Source: Eledone cirrhosa
Taxonomy: Eukaryota
Assembly: GCA_964016885.1 (NCBI GenBank)
Contig: OZ024743.1
Coordinates: 166,470,001-166,534,000 of the forward strand
DNA length: 64,000 nt
Reading direction: 5' to 3'
Shown here piece after piece: positions 33,921 through 47,010 of the stretch. Within the stretch, counting starts at the first letter, position 1. Each line of letters starts with the position of its first letter. The notes beneath the pieces were generated by a model. That model was given only the letters and a program-made list of their open reading frames with translations. It had not been told where the DNA came from and did no database searches. A program made the position numbers and the translations under genes.

Positions 33921-36279
33921 GGGAACATTTAAGCACGATACAGACATCTGGCTCATAGGAGAGGTTAGTAGCATTCTATTTTCATTTCAATCTGCAGCAA
34001 CTATGACTTGCAAAACATCATGACGGTTTTTCAGCTGTATTTTTTACCCAGCTGGGCAATGAAAACACACGCCTGACTCTCAGCAGTCATAGTTGAATTT
34101 TAAGATCCAGTCTGCTTCTGGTACACATAGATACTTAGCAAAAGAATTGTAGAACTATGAGGCAATATTCAAGAACTGTACACAGTCTGCTACAGGGGCT
34201 AAACAAGCAATTGCAGAATTTTACATATTATTTGAAAGGTCGCATTAGGACTGACAAATTCTTTGTCTGACCTATATGTGGTGCCCAGGTGCTGACTTAT
34301 CCCAGGAAATGATCAAACATTGAACTGGATATTTGTTGACTGGAATCATTTCTACCAAATTACAGCCATAGCATATTTCAATTGAAATCCTGAGAAAATA
34401 GGCAGACCAAGAAATTGACAAAACTTTGAGCATTTCAAAAACAAGAAAGGAAGAGTGGATCTCTAAAGGCTGACACTGAAAGAAAAAATAGTTTTCTTAT
34501 CCTTGTTCAAAATAGAAGTGCTGAGTTTATCATACTGCAAAGTAGCTGACATTAGGAAGGGAATCCAGCCACAGAAACCATGTCAAAATGGGATGTATAA
34601 GTCATAGCCATCTAATTTGTTTAGTCTCAGAACACGACAATCTATGCAACCCATGTCTACATGGAAAACAGATGTAAAATGATGATTATCATTGGGAAAT
34701 AAGTTACTTCTAGATCAGTTATTTCTTTGAACTTGTGGGTAGCTTAGATGATTTAGAATTTGATCATTAACTGTCCTTGAGCAGTTGCTCAAGGACAGTT
34801 AATGATGCTCCAATAGTTTGAGGACTTATCATCCCTTTCTACTGTAGTAAAAGAACAAAATGAAAACTCATCCTTGCTGAGTCACGTTTCCACTACTGAA
34901 ATTAGTGAAATATGCGAGGCGACCCTTTTTTAAAATTTTTTTTACACTAATCTTTTCCTGTTTGGATTTTTTCCCTGGGAGCTGATTGCCATATGTTTGA
35001 GAGTCACAGGTTTGGTAGGAAGTTGCCGTTATTTTTTTGCTAATTGTACAATCACTGCTTTTCAATTTTTGCAAAACGATGGGTACATTTACACCCACCA
35101 CGTGTTGAAAGATTGTTTTTTTTTTTTTTAGTTTTTATTCTCCCGTGTTTTCAATGAATCTGACTTCCAAACCTGTCGAAAAAATGGTAAATTTATAGAA
35201 AGACATCTCTGTAAGGGATAAGTGAATAGATGGTATGATGGTTTCAATGCAAAGAATAATACCAGGATTGTATTGTTACAATGTTTATTTTATTATAACA
35301 ATATTCAATTTGAATATTGAATGATAAAATCTATAACATGAAATATTTGCACAATATGCAAGCCACGTAAATGCAAGTAACACAGAATACGATTATAATA
35401 GAATTGTATTGTATCTGAAAGATACAATATGACAAACAGAAATGGTGCATGTAAAAATGCAAACAGTGTGAACTTACTATGTGTGCGTGTGTGCGTATTA
35501 GTATACTTTCTTGTTTTTTGCAATAGTAGTAATCAATAAGCCAGGCGGGAAAGGCGTGTGAGAAATTAGTGGACAGACGTTTTTCATGAAGAAAGATTTT
35601 GACAGCGTAGGTGAAATGTCCATTCTTGTCTGTGGTATCACTTTTTCTGCTGGGCGTAAACAACCCTTGTATTTATAAGGGTTGAAGTTAAAAGGATAGA
35701 TATATCCTCTGACCTCTTTTCTGCCAGGCATAAACAACCTCTGACCTATGGTTAGCATCTCCCAAGGGGTTGGTTTGCCGGGCGTAAACAACTAACCACG
35801 GCTTGTCCCAGAGGCGGGAAAGCTCAGATTCGGTTTCGAATCTTCGCTGCTGTTATAGTAAACCCCCTCCCCCCCTTCCAGCGAGAAAGCTAAAGATTGA
35901 ACGATCTAGGTGTATGTGGAATTAAGATAGGTATGACTAGGTGTGTTGTTGAAGAAAATCAGAAAAAAAAATACATTAAAGTCATTTGCAAACAGGCAAA
36001 ATGAAAGAAAACATGCAAAGCAAAACAAATTTACATGCAGGAAAATGTACTGTGATGTTACAAAAAATTGAAAATGTTCATTTATTTCATAGAAATGGAA
36101 AAATGTTCTTTTGTCTGTTCTTTTGATGTGTGTGATGCACAGAGTCAATTGATTTGTGTGTAGCAATAGTTCATGACCACAGAAATTGGCCGATTCATTG
36201 AAATGTACAAATTAGCAGAAATGTCAACCAGATGCATAATTTGTGCTTACCCGATAAACTTGTACGTATCGCGTGGGCC

Positions 36280-39200
36280 ATCGGACTGTTCTTCCAGATT
36301 TGGTGTGTCGGGGTTCAGCAGAATTTGTTGTGTTTGTGTCGGGCAAAGTTGTTGGTGAGTCTGCTGGAGAAATGGTGGGTACTGGTGGCAAATCCTGTTC
36401 CATAAACGCTTTTTTTAAACGGTCAATGGAGACGGTATTTCATTTCCCGTTCAAGTCGAGGACGAAATACTTAGGGCATTTCCGTATCACCTTATAGGGC
36501 CCGGAATACGGCGGACGAAGTTGCGATGGAATACCATCATTTCTAACGAAAACATGCGTCCATGTATCGATGTCTTTTGGTATGTGTGAAGTAACGTGCT
36601 GTTGTTTAGGGGCTGAAGGGGACAGATGCGACATCGATGACCGTAAACGGTGCACATATTTTGTTGGATCTGGAAGTTCTTGTGGCGAAACAGGAGTGAT
36701 CATTTGGCCGGGTAGAGCGAGTACCATGCCATAAACCATTTCAGCCGGAGAATGTCTGACTCCCTCCTTAACAGTGGAACAAATACCAAGAAGAATGAGT
36801 GGGAGGTATTCGAACCAGTTAGTGGAGTCTGCGTAAGCCTTGATGGCTGCTTTTAGTTGACGATGGAAGCGTTCTACCATGTCGTTAGATGCAGGGTGAT
36901 ACGCCGTTGTACGGATGTGTTTACACCCGAGGAGACGAGTCAGCTCGGTAAAGAGGTGCGAATCGAACTGACATCCTCTATCCGTAGTGATGGTCGCGGG
37001 TGTGCCGAAACGCGAAACCCAGTGAAACACTAGCGTTTTAGTGACAGTTTCTGCGATAATATCCGTCAGGGTAAAAGCTTCTGGCCAGCGAAAATATCGG
37101 TCGACACAGGTGAGAAGATGAGTGTAGTTGTGAGAAGGAGTCAAAGGTCCAATGATGTCTATGTACACATGTTGGAACCGTGCATCAGGTGTTGCGAAAG
37201 AACCAATCGGGGCTTTGATATGCCGGTGAATTTTCGCCTTCTGGCACGCGATACAGTTCCTAGCCCATTCGCGGGTGTGCTTGTTGATGGTGGGCCACAC
37301 AAAACGGGCAACCATCAGTTTCTGCGTGGCACGGATGCCAGGATGTGCCAGAAAATGCAGTGCCAAAAAAACGTTGCGTCAATGTTTCCGGGGTACATAT
37401 GGGCGCTCATGGCTTGTGGAGATGTCGCACCAAATATAACCCGAAGAAGAGGGCAGCGGGCATTCCTGCAATTTCAAGGATGATTTCCTGAGCTGTAGCA
37501 GTTCCTCGTCATTCTGTTGATCCGCTGCAATCTTATGGAGATCGATAGTTGCAGTGGTGTGGATTGCGTTAAGCTCCATGCGCGACAGGGCATCAGCTGC
37601 TGAGTTGGTGACACCCTTAATGTACCGAATATCAATAGTGTACTGAGAAATGAAGTCCAGATGTCGGACCTCCCTGGGTGAGTGGCGATCAGGCTTGGCA
37701 TTGAACGCGTACACTAGTGGTTTGTGATTGGTGTATATGGAGAACACACGACCTTCTAGCATGTGTCGAAAATGCTTGACAGCAAGGTATGCTGCCAATA
37801 ATTCACGACTGAATGTGCTGTACTTAGTTTCGGCGGGTTTTAATCACTTAGAGAAAAAAGATACAGGTCGCCCAATATCACCAGAGAATTGTTGAAGCAC
37901 ACCTCCAACTCCGAAATCGGATGCATCAGCCAATACACACATTGGGGCGTCAGGTTTGGGGTAACTCAGCCTTGTAGCCTCGGACAGCATTTTCTTCAAC
38001 TCAGCGAAAGCGGTACATTCTTTTTCGCTGAGATTGAAGTTTGCGTTTTTGGTTGTACGCTGCCGCAGCAAATCTGTGAGCGGTTGGGCTGTCTCTGCAC
38101 AGTGGGGTATAAATCTTCTGTAGAAGTTCACCAGGCCAAGAAATTCTCGCAGTTTGCGGAGAGATGTGGGCTGTGGTAAAACCAATGATGGATTTGACCT
38201 TCTCCTTAAGTGGGCGAATACTATCTTTGTCAATGATGTGTCCCAGAAAATGAAGGGACGCAACTCCGAACTCACATTTGCTGGGGTTGATAACAATTCC
38301 GTATTCACACAAACGTGCGAATAGCAGGTGCAGGTGCCTCTCATGTTCTTCATGGGAGCCGCTGGCCACCAGTAAGTCATCAATGTATATACAAAAGGTA
38401 GACATCTGGTGACTATCGATGAACCGTTGCAATGTCTGCGCTGCATTACGCAAACCAAAAGGCATACGCAGGAATTCGAACATTCCAAAGTGTGTTGTGA
38501 CAGCGGTCTTCGGAATATCAGCGGGCCCCACAGGTATCTGATTGTAAGCTCGTACAAGATGGATCTTCGAAAATATGCGAGCTCCGTGCAGCGAACTAGA
38601 GAAGTCCTGTAGATGAGGCACTGGATAAGAGTCAGGCACGGTGCAGTTGTTCAGTGCACGGTAGTCGCTACAGATTCGCCAGTCGTTCGACGACTTCTTA
38701 GGTACACAATATATGGGTGAGGACCAGTTGGTGCTGGACGGATGTATGATGCCGAGATCCAGCATGTGTTGAAATTCTTGTCTGACGGACTTCAGACGGT
38801 CTGGTGGTAGCCTTCTAGGTCGTGCAGCGACAGGTGGGTCGTGTCTTTTTATGTGGTGGGTGACGTCATGTTTTACAGGGCAGGCGTTGAATACTGGTCG
38901 AGCTACATCTGGGTATTTGTTGATTATATAGCTGTGCCGGGTTGTTGTTGCCGATCGTGAAATAACTGGACTGACTGTGGCTGTCCGAGCGGCTATGTCG
39001 CGCACAGCGAAACCAGTGGGATTGTCAACGAGTCGTTGGTTTTTCTGGTCTACTAGCAGTGAGAAGTGCTGAAGAAAATCAGCTCCTAAAATAGGGGTCG
39101 GCAGCTTAGCCACAACAAATAACCACTGGAAAGTGCGGCGTAGTCCTAAATTTAGTGTCAGGGACTGCTCTCCGTAGGTCGGAATATGTGAATGATTCAC

Positions 39201-39390
39201 TGCATGGAACCATGCTGGTGTTTCTTTCCTTTTTCCCGGAACGCAGGAAACCGGGATGATGCTGACTTCAGCACCGGTGTCGGCCAGGAAACGCGTGCCT
39301 GTGACGCGATCCTGAATGAAAAATAGGCGACTTTGATTATTAGGGCCAGAATCGTCTGTCGCATTCAGTTTTCTGGCTGTGTCGTTTCCC
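36280..39390 (-). pseudogene. pol: Gypsy pol (PR-RT-RNaseH-IN) with frameshifts
   Basis: [10 protein letters not shown]; ILGADFL; DYRALN; KTAVTT.FG; YIDD; DASDFGVGGVL; LAHPGIRAT; IDIIGP; TTDRG.QF; MVERFHR; PYSGPY. Confidence 0.92.
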
Positions 39391-40233
39391 TGATTCGACA
39401 TCGACACAATATGAACAGGGATGGCTGCACTTGCGCGCCCGTCTTCCAAATTTTTGGTGGTACCAACACATTTCCGGTGAATCATGGGATGCGCTCGGAC
39501 TTCTTGAGGGACCACCAAATCGGGGAGTTCGACTGTTAGACCGACGTGTGGCAGGGTTACCCAGTGACAAGGCCTGAATTTGTTGCGTCAAGGCATGTAT
39601 CTGTTGCTTGCTGTGCCAGTAACTGGTGTAGATCGGGCATCTCTGTGGTACTGGAGGGCTGAAGGAAAGGATTGGTGGAATGGACGGCTGGCGGTACATT
39701 CGCTAAAGTTGAGTGCAGATGTGGTACCTCCACGATCTTATCTGCCAGCTCGGCGAGTTCTTCAATGGAGGTGGACTCCCTGGTGGAGGCTAAGACAACT
39801 TGTGTGGCAGAAGGCAAACGCTGGAGAAGAGTTGCTTGAAAATTTCATCTGGGAGTTTATGTTCTCCCAGGAGCTGCTTCATTCGCCGTAGGAGTTGCGT
39901 CGGCTTTTTATCTCTTAATTCCTCCAATATGAGGAGCTGGTGCAAGCGCTTCTGCTGCGACTCCGACACCCTTTTAATTAACGTTGTTTTAAATGTGTCA
40001 TATGACACAGAGCCGGGTGGTGCTAAAATGAGGTCTCGAACCTCATTCATAATCTCCGGAGACATGTGTGAGACGAGATGCCTCGCTAACGATCCGGTTC
40101 GATGCGAACTGCGCTTCGATGTGCGCGAACCACAGTATTGGAACATGCACTCAGAATGGTGGTATCCTTAATGTAAACGCCGCCCGGACTGCCATTTCAG
40201 CCGTAGATGAATCGTCGTGTGCTAGAGACATCA
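39340..40233 (-). pseudogene. gag: Gypsy gag with CWYH..FG..A.KC..PC knuckle, frameshifted
   Basis: EVRDLI..PP...YDTFK..LIKR...EELRDKKPTQLLRRM..; [18 protein letters not shown]. Confidence 0.85.
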
Positions 40234-41596
40234 TTTGTAGTGAATAATCAGAAGGTTGTGTGTCTGTTTCATGGGGTCACCAGTTGTAACGCATAAGTGA
40301 ATAGATGGTATGATGGTCTCAATGCAAAGAATAATACCAGGATTGTGTTGTTACAATATTTATTTTATTAAAACAATATTCAATTTGAATATTGAATGAT
40401 AAAATCTATAACATGAAATATTTGCACAATATGCAAGCCACGTAAATGCAAGTAACACAGAATACGATTATAATATAATTGTATTGTATCTGAAAGATAC
40501 AATATGACAAACAGAAATGGTGCGTGTAAAAATGCAAACAGTGTGAACTTACTATGTGTGCGTGTGTGCGTATTAGTATACTTTCTTGTTTTTTGCAATA
40601 GTAGTAATCAATAAGCCAGGCGGGAAAGGCGTGTGAGAAATTAGTGGACAGACGTTTTTCGTGAAGGAAGATTTGACAGCGTAGGTGTCTGTTCTTGTCT
40701 GTGGTATAACTTTTTCTGCCGGACGTAAACAACCCTTGTATTTATAAGGGTTGAAGTTAGAAGGATAGATATATCCTCTGACCTCTTTTCTGCCAGGCGT
40801 AAACAACCTCTGACCTGTGGTTAGCATCTCCCAAGGGGTTGGTTTGCCGGACGTAAACAACTAATCACGGCTTGTCCCAGAGGCAGGAAAGCTCAGATTC
40901 GGTTTCGAATCTTCGTCGCCGTTATATCTCCACCAATTTCAGTGGGAAATAATTTGTGTGTGCTACCAACTAATCTTACCTCCGAATATGCTGCGGGGAG
41001 GGGTGAGCGGTCCTCTCGGACTTTTCATCACCATTCCCGGCGTTAGGATTAGGATTAAGTTTAATTGATAGCACACGAAAAAAAAAAAAAAAAAATTAGT
41101 TGTTTACTATTTTATTTGGAAAGGTTTTCTTATTTAAAAAAATGGAAAAAAACGATGTAAAAAGTGAAAGTGACATGTAGCTGTGAAAATGTGGATTTGT
41201 TTTGGTGAAAAGAGAAACTTACATAAAGTGAAACTACTATGCTTTTATTTCTATATACATAGACACACATACACATATATATTCCGCCAAGCGTGAAACT
41301 AATACACTTCAGATTATTGAATCCTCTTGTTTCCTTGATTTATATATATAAATATAAATACACATATCTAACTAACATATATATATAAAACCTGCGTGGG
41401 ACATACACACATATTTTTTTACTTCTTCCAGCCGACGCGCGCGCGCCCCCACACATACACATATATATATATATAATATAATATATTATATTATATATTA
41501 TATATATTATGTATACTCCAGTCCTACAAACTGTAGAGTGCTTCTTATCCGATATCTGCATTGCTTTATTGTACTACAATAAAACTCACCTCCTAC

Positions 41597-41598
<2 letters not shown>

Positions 41599-41653
<55 letters not shown>

Positions 41654-41665
41654 CTGTATGTGTGT
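41599..41665. repeat. (TA)n(TG)n compound microsatellite
   Basis: Direct reading. Confidence 0.95.
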
Positions 41666-42015
41666 AAATAAAGAGAGACCATTTATTTCTCTATGCTTTT
41701 CAATGACAGACCTCTTTTAGCAACAGTTCAACTCATCATGAGTTTAGCGTGGAATTTAACCTCTTTCTCTATTAATTATTCTATAATGCCTCTACTTTCA
41801 GATTTTTCTTTTGAATATCAGAAATTCGGAATCTGCTAAAAAATAATTTGTTTATCATCTTTTGAAGAAAAATATTAATAAAAATTATTTTTTGTAAAAT
41901 TAGCATTAGGGCTGTGTGTGCGTGTGATTTGAAATGTATAAATATATTTTTGCTTTTGTAATTACATTTTCATCCTTTATAAATTAAAACTGAAACAACA
42001 GCATTTCAAACGCAA

Positions 42016-42048
<33 letters not shown>

Positions 42049-42710
42049 TATATAAACAAAACGTACTATTACTAGTCCTAAACAGTTACCCCCTCTCGCT
42101 CTTTAAATTAACATAGGGGTTCGACAACAAATGCAGATCGATAAATAGGTACCAGACTTGAAACAAATAAGTAGAAATAAGAGATGGTCGGCTAAATCAA
42201 GGCGATGAAATCTAATAACTGAAACCAGTAAAAAAATAAATATATATTTCTTTTTAATAACAAAATAGATTGTTTTGCAAATTCTAAGGCATAATAAAAA
42301 CACATTCAGTATTTTTATAGGTTTATAATTGTTTTTGCAATTTTATTATGGGGTTAGTATAAAACAGACACGTTTGCAACACATGCCTGAAATATATTGA
42401 CGTATGTGACAGAATGTCGTGAACTATGCCTTTCTCAGTTGTCACATTTAATATAGTATATATGGTTAATTTTGTTTATAAACATTTCTATATTATCTAT
42501 GTATTGAATTGATTTGTTTATGAACAGTTCTATATTTTCTATGTTTATTATAGTTGTAATATGTCTGAAAATACTATATATCTTAATATTGTATAGATTG
42601 TGCAGGTTGATAATATCATTATAAATCTCAACGAAAATTTAATAATTGGCGACGAGGCTAACACAGGGCATCTTTATTTTTATTTTACAACGAATAAACA
42701 AATTACTTAC

Positions 42711-42792
42711 CTCTAATTTTGTCATATTTACTGAACAAATCCCTCATAAAATGAACAACTTTTATCAGAGAAGTATTTTCAAGCGAATCCAT
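42711..42792 (-). CDS. FPGT: FPGT coding exon 1 (start codon)
   Basis: ATG...MDSLENTSLIKVVHFMRDLFSKYDKIR-G|GTAAGT. Phase 1 fits exon 2; the ending resembles FPGT F..LRG; joined CDS is 1785 bp = 594 aa plus stop. Confidence 0.8.
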
Positions 42793-43297
42793 TGAAACGA
42801 TTGACTACCTGCGACTTTCAGAATTACCTCCCTTAGTTTTGATTACCTACCAAATACGCAACCTCTATTGAATTAGACCGTAAGATCAAAAGTATACCGA
42901 CCGTGACCATCCAATCATAACATGGCGATGCTTGAGTTTGTCACACTGCAGCTAGTATAGTTATGTTTGACGACCAGCGATCTAGGGCTAAATAATAGCT
43001 AATGACACACACAGACATATGCATACACATATCACAATATATAACTGGTATTCATCTAATTTGAAGGGAGACAAAAACAAAATCCACTCATATTTTTTTA
43101 GTATAAAACACCTGCTGGATTGACTTAACTGGGATTAATTAGCAGTAGCACTAACACAGCGTGATTCACAATAGAGGTGAATATGAAGGCATATACGATA
43201 TGCTTATGAATAATAAACATAAAAATCTCGTTACGAGATTTATATCATGTAACGGTACTCGAAGAGCCCTTCAGATAAACCCCATTCCAGCCACTTG

Positions 43298-46200
43298 TCA
43301 TCATCATCATCGTTTAACGTCTATCTTCCACGCCAGCATGGGTTAGACAGCAATTGTCCCACTTGAGGCAAGATTGATCGGGTGACCGTGTCTCGCTCGT
43401 ATAGGACTATCTGGCAGGTTTTCTACAGCTGGATGCCCTTCCTAACACCAACCTCATTTACAGTGTGCACTGGGACCCTTTTTACCGTTTTTCCTACACG
43501 ACCACTTTACGGAGTGGACTGTGTTTTTGTTTTTTTTGTCGTGACACCTACACGACCTCTTTGGTTTGGACTGGATGTTGTGGTACCAATATAACTTTAC
43601 AGAGAACAGAGAAAGAGTGGTGTTGGTGAGAGTGGGAGGATGGAATAGGGGTAGTGGGTTGGTGTGTATATTTGGTTAGGAGGGGCCTACTGACTATAGG
43701 TTAACTTTGTACATAGGTAAGGCGGGTCTTCTGTATTGCTGGGTGGTGCCAAAGATCCAGTGACATTGTCTTAGAGAGGTGTAAGTGCAAAGTTGGATTT
43801 TATCATGTCCCAGATTTTTCTGGGTCTACCTACTCCGTAACTTCCATCAATTTTAATCGCCCTGCACTTTTTTATATAGCTGTCGTCTTTCATGCGCATC
43901 CCATGACCATACCAACGTAATCTTCTCTCAAGTAAACAGCATCTGATCCCTCTTATTACTAATTTCTCAGTTCATTTATGTTTTGCTGTTCGCGTATATT
44001 ACTATTACACATCAAACGGAGCATGCATACGTCATTCCTTTCCAATCTCCGCAGGCCCTCTGCACACAAGGCCCATGTCTCACTGCCATGTAACATTGCT
44101 GTTCGTATACAAGCATCATACAATCTGCCTTTCATTTTTAGAGAGAAACCTTTTGTGGCCAACAGCCGTGTTAGCTCTCTGAACTGTTTCCATCCCGTTC
44201 TAACTCTGGCTACTGTACTTTCAGAGCAGCCACCACCACTGCTGATTTTATCACCTAGATAACGGAAAGTGTCCACTATTTCTATAGAACTATCTGGGCA
44301 GTAGAAGGAGCTAATATCCTGTGGGCACTTGCTACTTATTGCAACTGAGCATCGGCCACATTTAAAATCTACATTCTTAGATAGTTTACCCACTACATCT
44401 TTTATGCACCCATACTTTGCATTTGGGACATAAAATGGAATTTCTGCCTACTCCTTTCCTACACACTGAGCATGGCCATTTCACAGAGGGTACCCTATTT
44501 TCCTTTCTACATACTAGAATTTTAGTCTTAGACAAGTTAACTTTAAGGCCTTTTGATTTCTAGGCCATGCTTCCATGTTTGGAATTTCTTCTCTAGTTCA
44601 GCCATAGATTCAGCTATGAGAGTTAGATCATCTGCGTATAGAAGTTCCCATGGGCAGCCAGTCTTAGACTTTTCTGTTATAGCCTGTAGGACAATAATAA
44701 ACAGGAGGGGGTTAAGGACGGAGCCTTGGTGATTTCCTACTTTTACGCTTCCTTCTGAAAGAATCATGAGCAATTTATAATGTTATCTAAGCATTTTTAA
44801 TGTTATTTATGTATATATTATAACATATTTGTTATGTTATTCTACTGTAAATTTATTTATATGCTGTGTATAATAAAACTTACCAAATCTTCACTATATT
44901 CATTGTTAATTCTAACCTTACTGACTGTTTCTTTATATATGGCTTGCATAGCTCTCACATAATGGAGATAATGGAGCAGAGGATTCTGTCACAGGCTTTC
45001 TCCAAGTAAACAAAAGCTAAGTAGAGGGGTTTACTTTTAGCTAGGTACTTCTGTAGTTGCCATACAAGAAAAAGAGCATCCGTGGTACTTTTACCTGACA
45101 CAAATCCAAACTGCATTTCATCTGGATCAATTCGGTCTCTAATTAGTTGTGCAATAACTCTTTCTGTGACCTTCATGACCTGATCAACTAACTTAATGCC
45201 TCTTTCCTCTATCTAGAGCATCTCCTTTGCCCTTGTAGCAGTTAACGATGATGCTGCTACGCCAGTCATTTGGTATGACCCCATTCTGTTTTACTTGGTT
45301 TATTATCCGGGTGACCATCGTACGTCCCACCATTCCAGATGGCTTCAACATCTCAGCAACTGTCTCTGAAGACCCAGCTGCCTTGGCCTGTCTTCATCTT
45401 TTTCTCATTTATTCTCCTCATTTAGTAGTCTCTTGTAGTGACACTTCCAAGCTACCATCATCATTATGGACACACTTCTCCCCAACAACATCACGGTTTT
45501 CCTTGACACATTGTCTTGCGATCCTGAACACCTCATGTAGAACATGCTTGAACTTTCTATCCTCTGCTTCCCTTCTTGCAATGTACACATGTCACCTAGC
45601 CTTTCTCCTGGCCACTTGATAGTATTCTCTGCTTCCCCCATACTTTCCAAGCCTGCTTTTTGGCCCTGATTGTCTCCTCCACCTTACTGTTCCACCACCA
45701 AGTTACTCTCCTCCTACCTAAAGGTCTGCTCCAGCCACAGATTTCATCTGTCACCTTCAGCAGGTTAACTTTCAAGGATTCCCACTGTTCCCCTATATTG
45801 TACATCTCTAATTGCTCTTCCTTACTGTCAAAAGCATCAACTAATATGCTTTCAAATTTGTTACTGGCTGTGGGGTCCTTCAACTTCCATATCCTTCTCT
45901 TCAAGGTAGTCCTCTGTCGTCGAGTACGTCTAGTCCTGACTATGAGGTCACTAACTATTAGGCTATGTTGGCAGGTGCATTCTTCATGGGGGAGGGATTT
46001 AGTGTTTACAACAGACATTCTGTCTCGTCTTCTGGTAAGGAATATAATCTATCTGACTGACGTGTTCCCCTGATCTATAGGTGATCAAGTGATTGTCTCA
46101 TTTTTTGAAGTTTGTGTTACAGATAGTTAGGTTATTAGCGTCACAGAATTCCAGGATCCTGAAGCCTTCCTCATTTCTAGTACCCAACCCATAGCCTCCA

Positions 46201-47010
46201 TGGATTCCGTCATAGCCATCAGAATGTTGTCCAACATAACCATTAAGGTTGCCAGTAATAATTATGTAGTCACTGTTGGTTATTTGGGAGGTAGTGAGCA
46301 TTAGCGACTCATAGACCCTGTCTTTTATAATGTGAGGTAGGCCAGATTTGGGTGCATAAGCGGATATTATTGTCACAGTTGTTCTATTTAGAACTAGTCT
46401 TATTTTAATCATTCTGTTGTTCACTCTATTTATGGCAATTACCTTATCTACCCATTTTTCTGCTAACATAATTCCTACTCCACCCAGCCCATTGTCATTT
46501 TCCATCCAGAAAAGTTTATAGCATTGTTTTTTTTACCCACAATGAATATAGCAGACCCATCCCTCCACCTAGTCTCTTGAACACATCAAACATCAACTTC
46601 CTTACATTCAAGCATCTCTACAACCTCATTTGAGCAACCTTTCAATGTGTCTACATTCATGGTACCAACTCTGAAGTTGGCAGACTGGGATGGATGGGTT
46701 GGAGAGGCAGGTGTGTGGGAGACGGAATTATGTTGGTCATCCATGTCTGAAATAAAGAGGAGTCCTTGCATTCTCGTCTGGCAGCGGGAGGTGAATTTAT
46801 CTTTATCTTGGACATTGTCATCCAACTCTGTAGTCCATTTAGTATACCAAAAAGCAACCAGGTCTAAACTTAAGGAGTAATAGCTGAGGCGGCAGCTTTG
46901 AGATAGAGATTTGTTAGAAAACTCACTATAAACAGCTGAGTTTTGATTGGACCAAATAGCAATGGTGGTGTGTGAGGGTGGGAGTGAGGGAAATGGGTAA
47001 CTTAAAGAAA
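43298..47010 (-). mobile_element. Near full-length RTE-clade LINE (APE + RT), degenerate
   Basis: VGTMNV; GVGIML; IISAYAP; G.LNG.VG; WWWN; QFGF..GKSTTDA; HQGSVLNPLLF; LYADD; F.YLG; tail GACGTTAAACGATGATGATGA at 43298-43322. Confidence 0.9.

Larger units (their letters stand above)
35210..40926 (-). mobile_element. Full-length Gypsy LTR retrotransposon D in FPGT intron 1, same strand as the gene
   Basis: LTRs 40926-40285 and 35857-35210 (about 645 bp, highly similar); PBS TGGTGACCCC (tRNA-Trp) at 40282-40273; PPT GGAAGGGGGGGAGGGGG at about 35863-35879; 4-bp TSD TCTC; gag and pol inside. Confidence 0.95.

Noticed and set aside
35305-35791. Duplicated ORFs (also 40380-40860)
   Set aside because: They lie in the two LTRs of element D; no protein motifs
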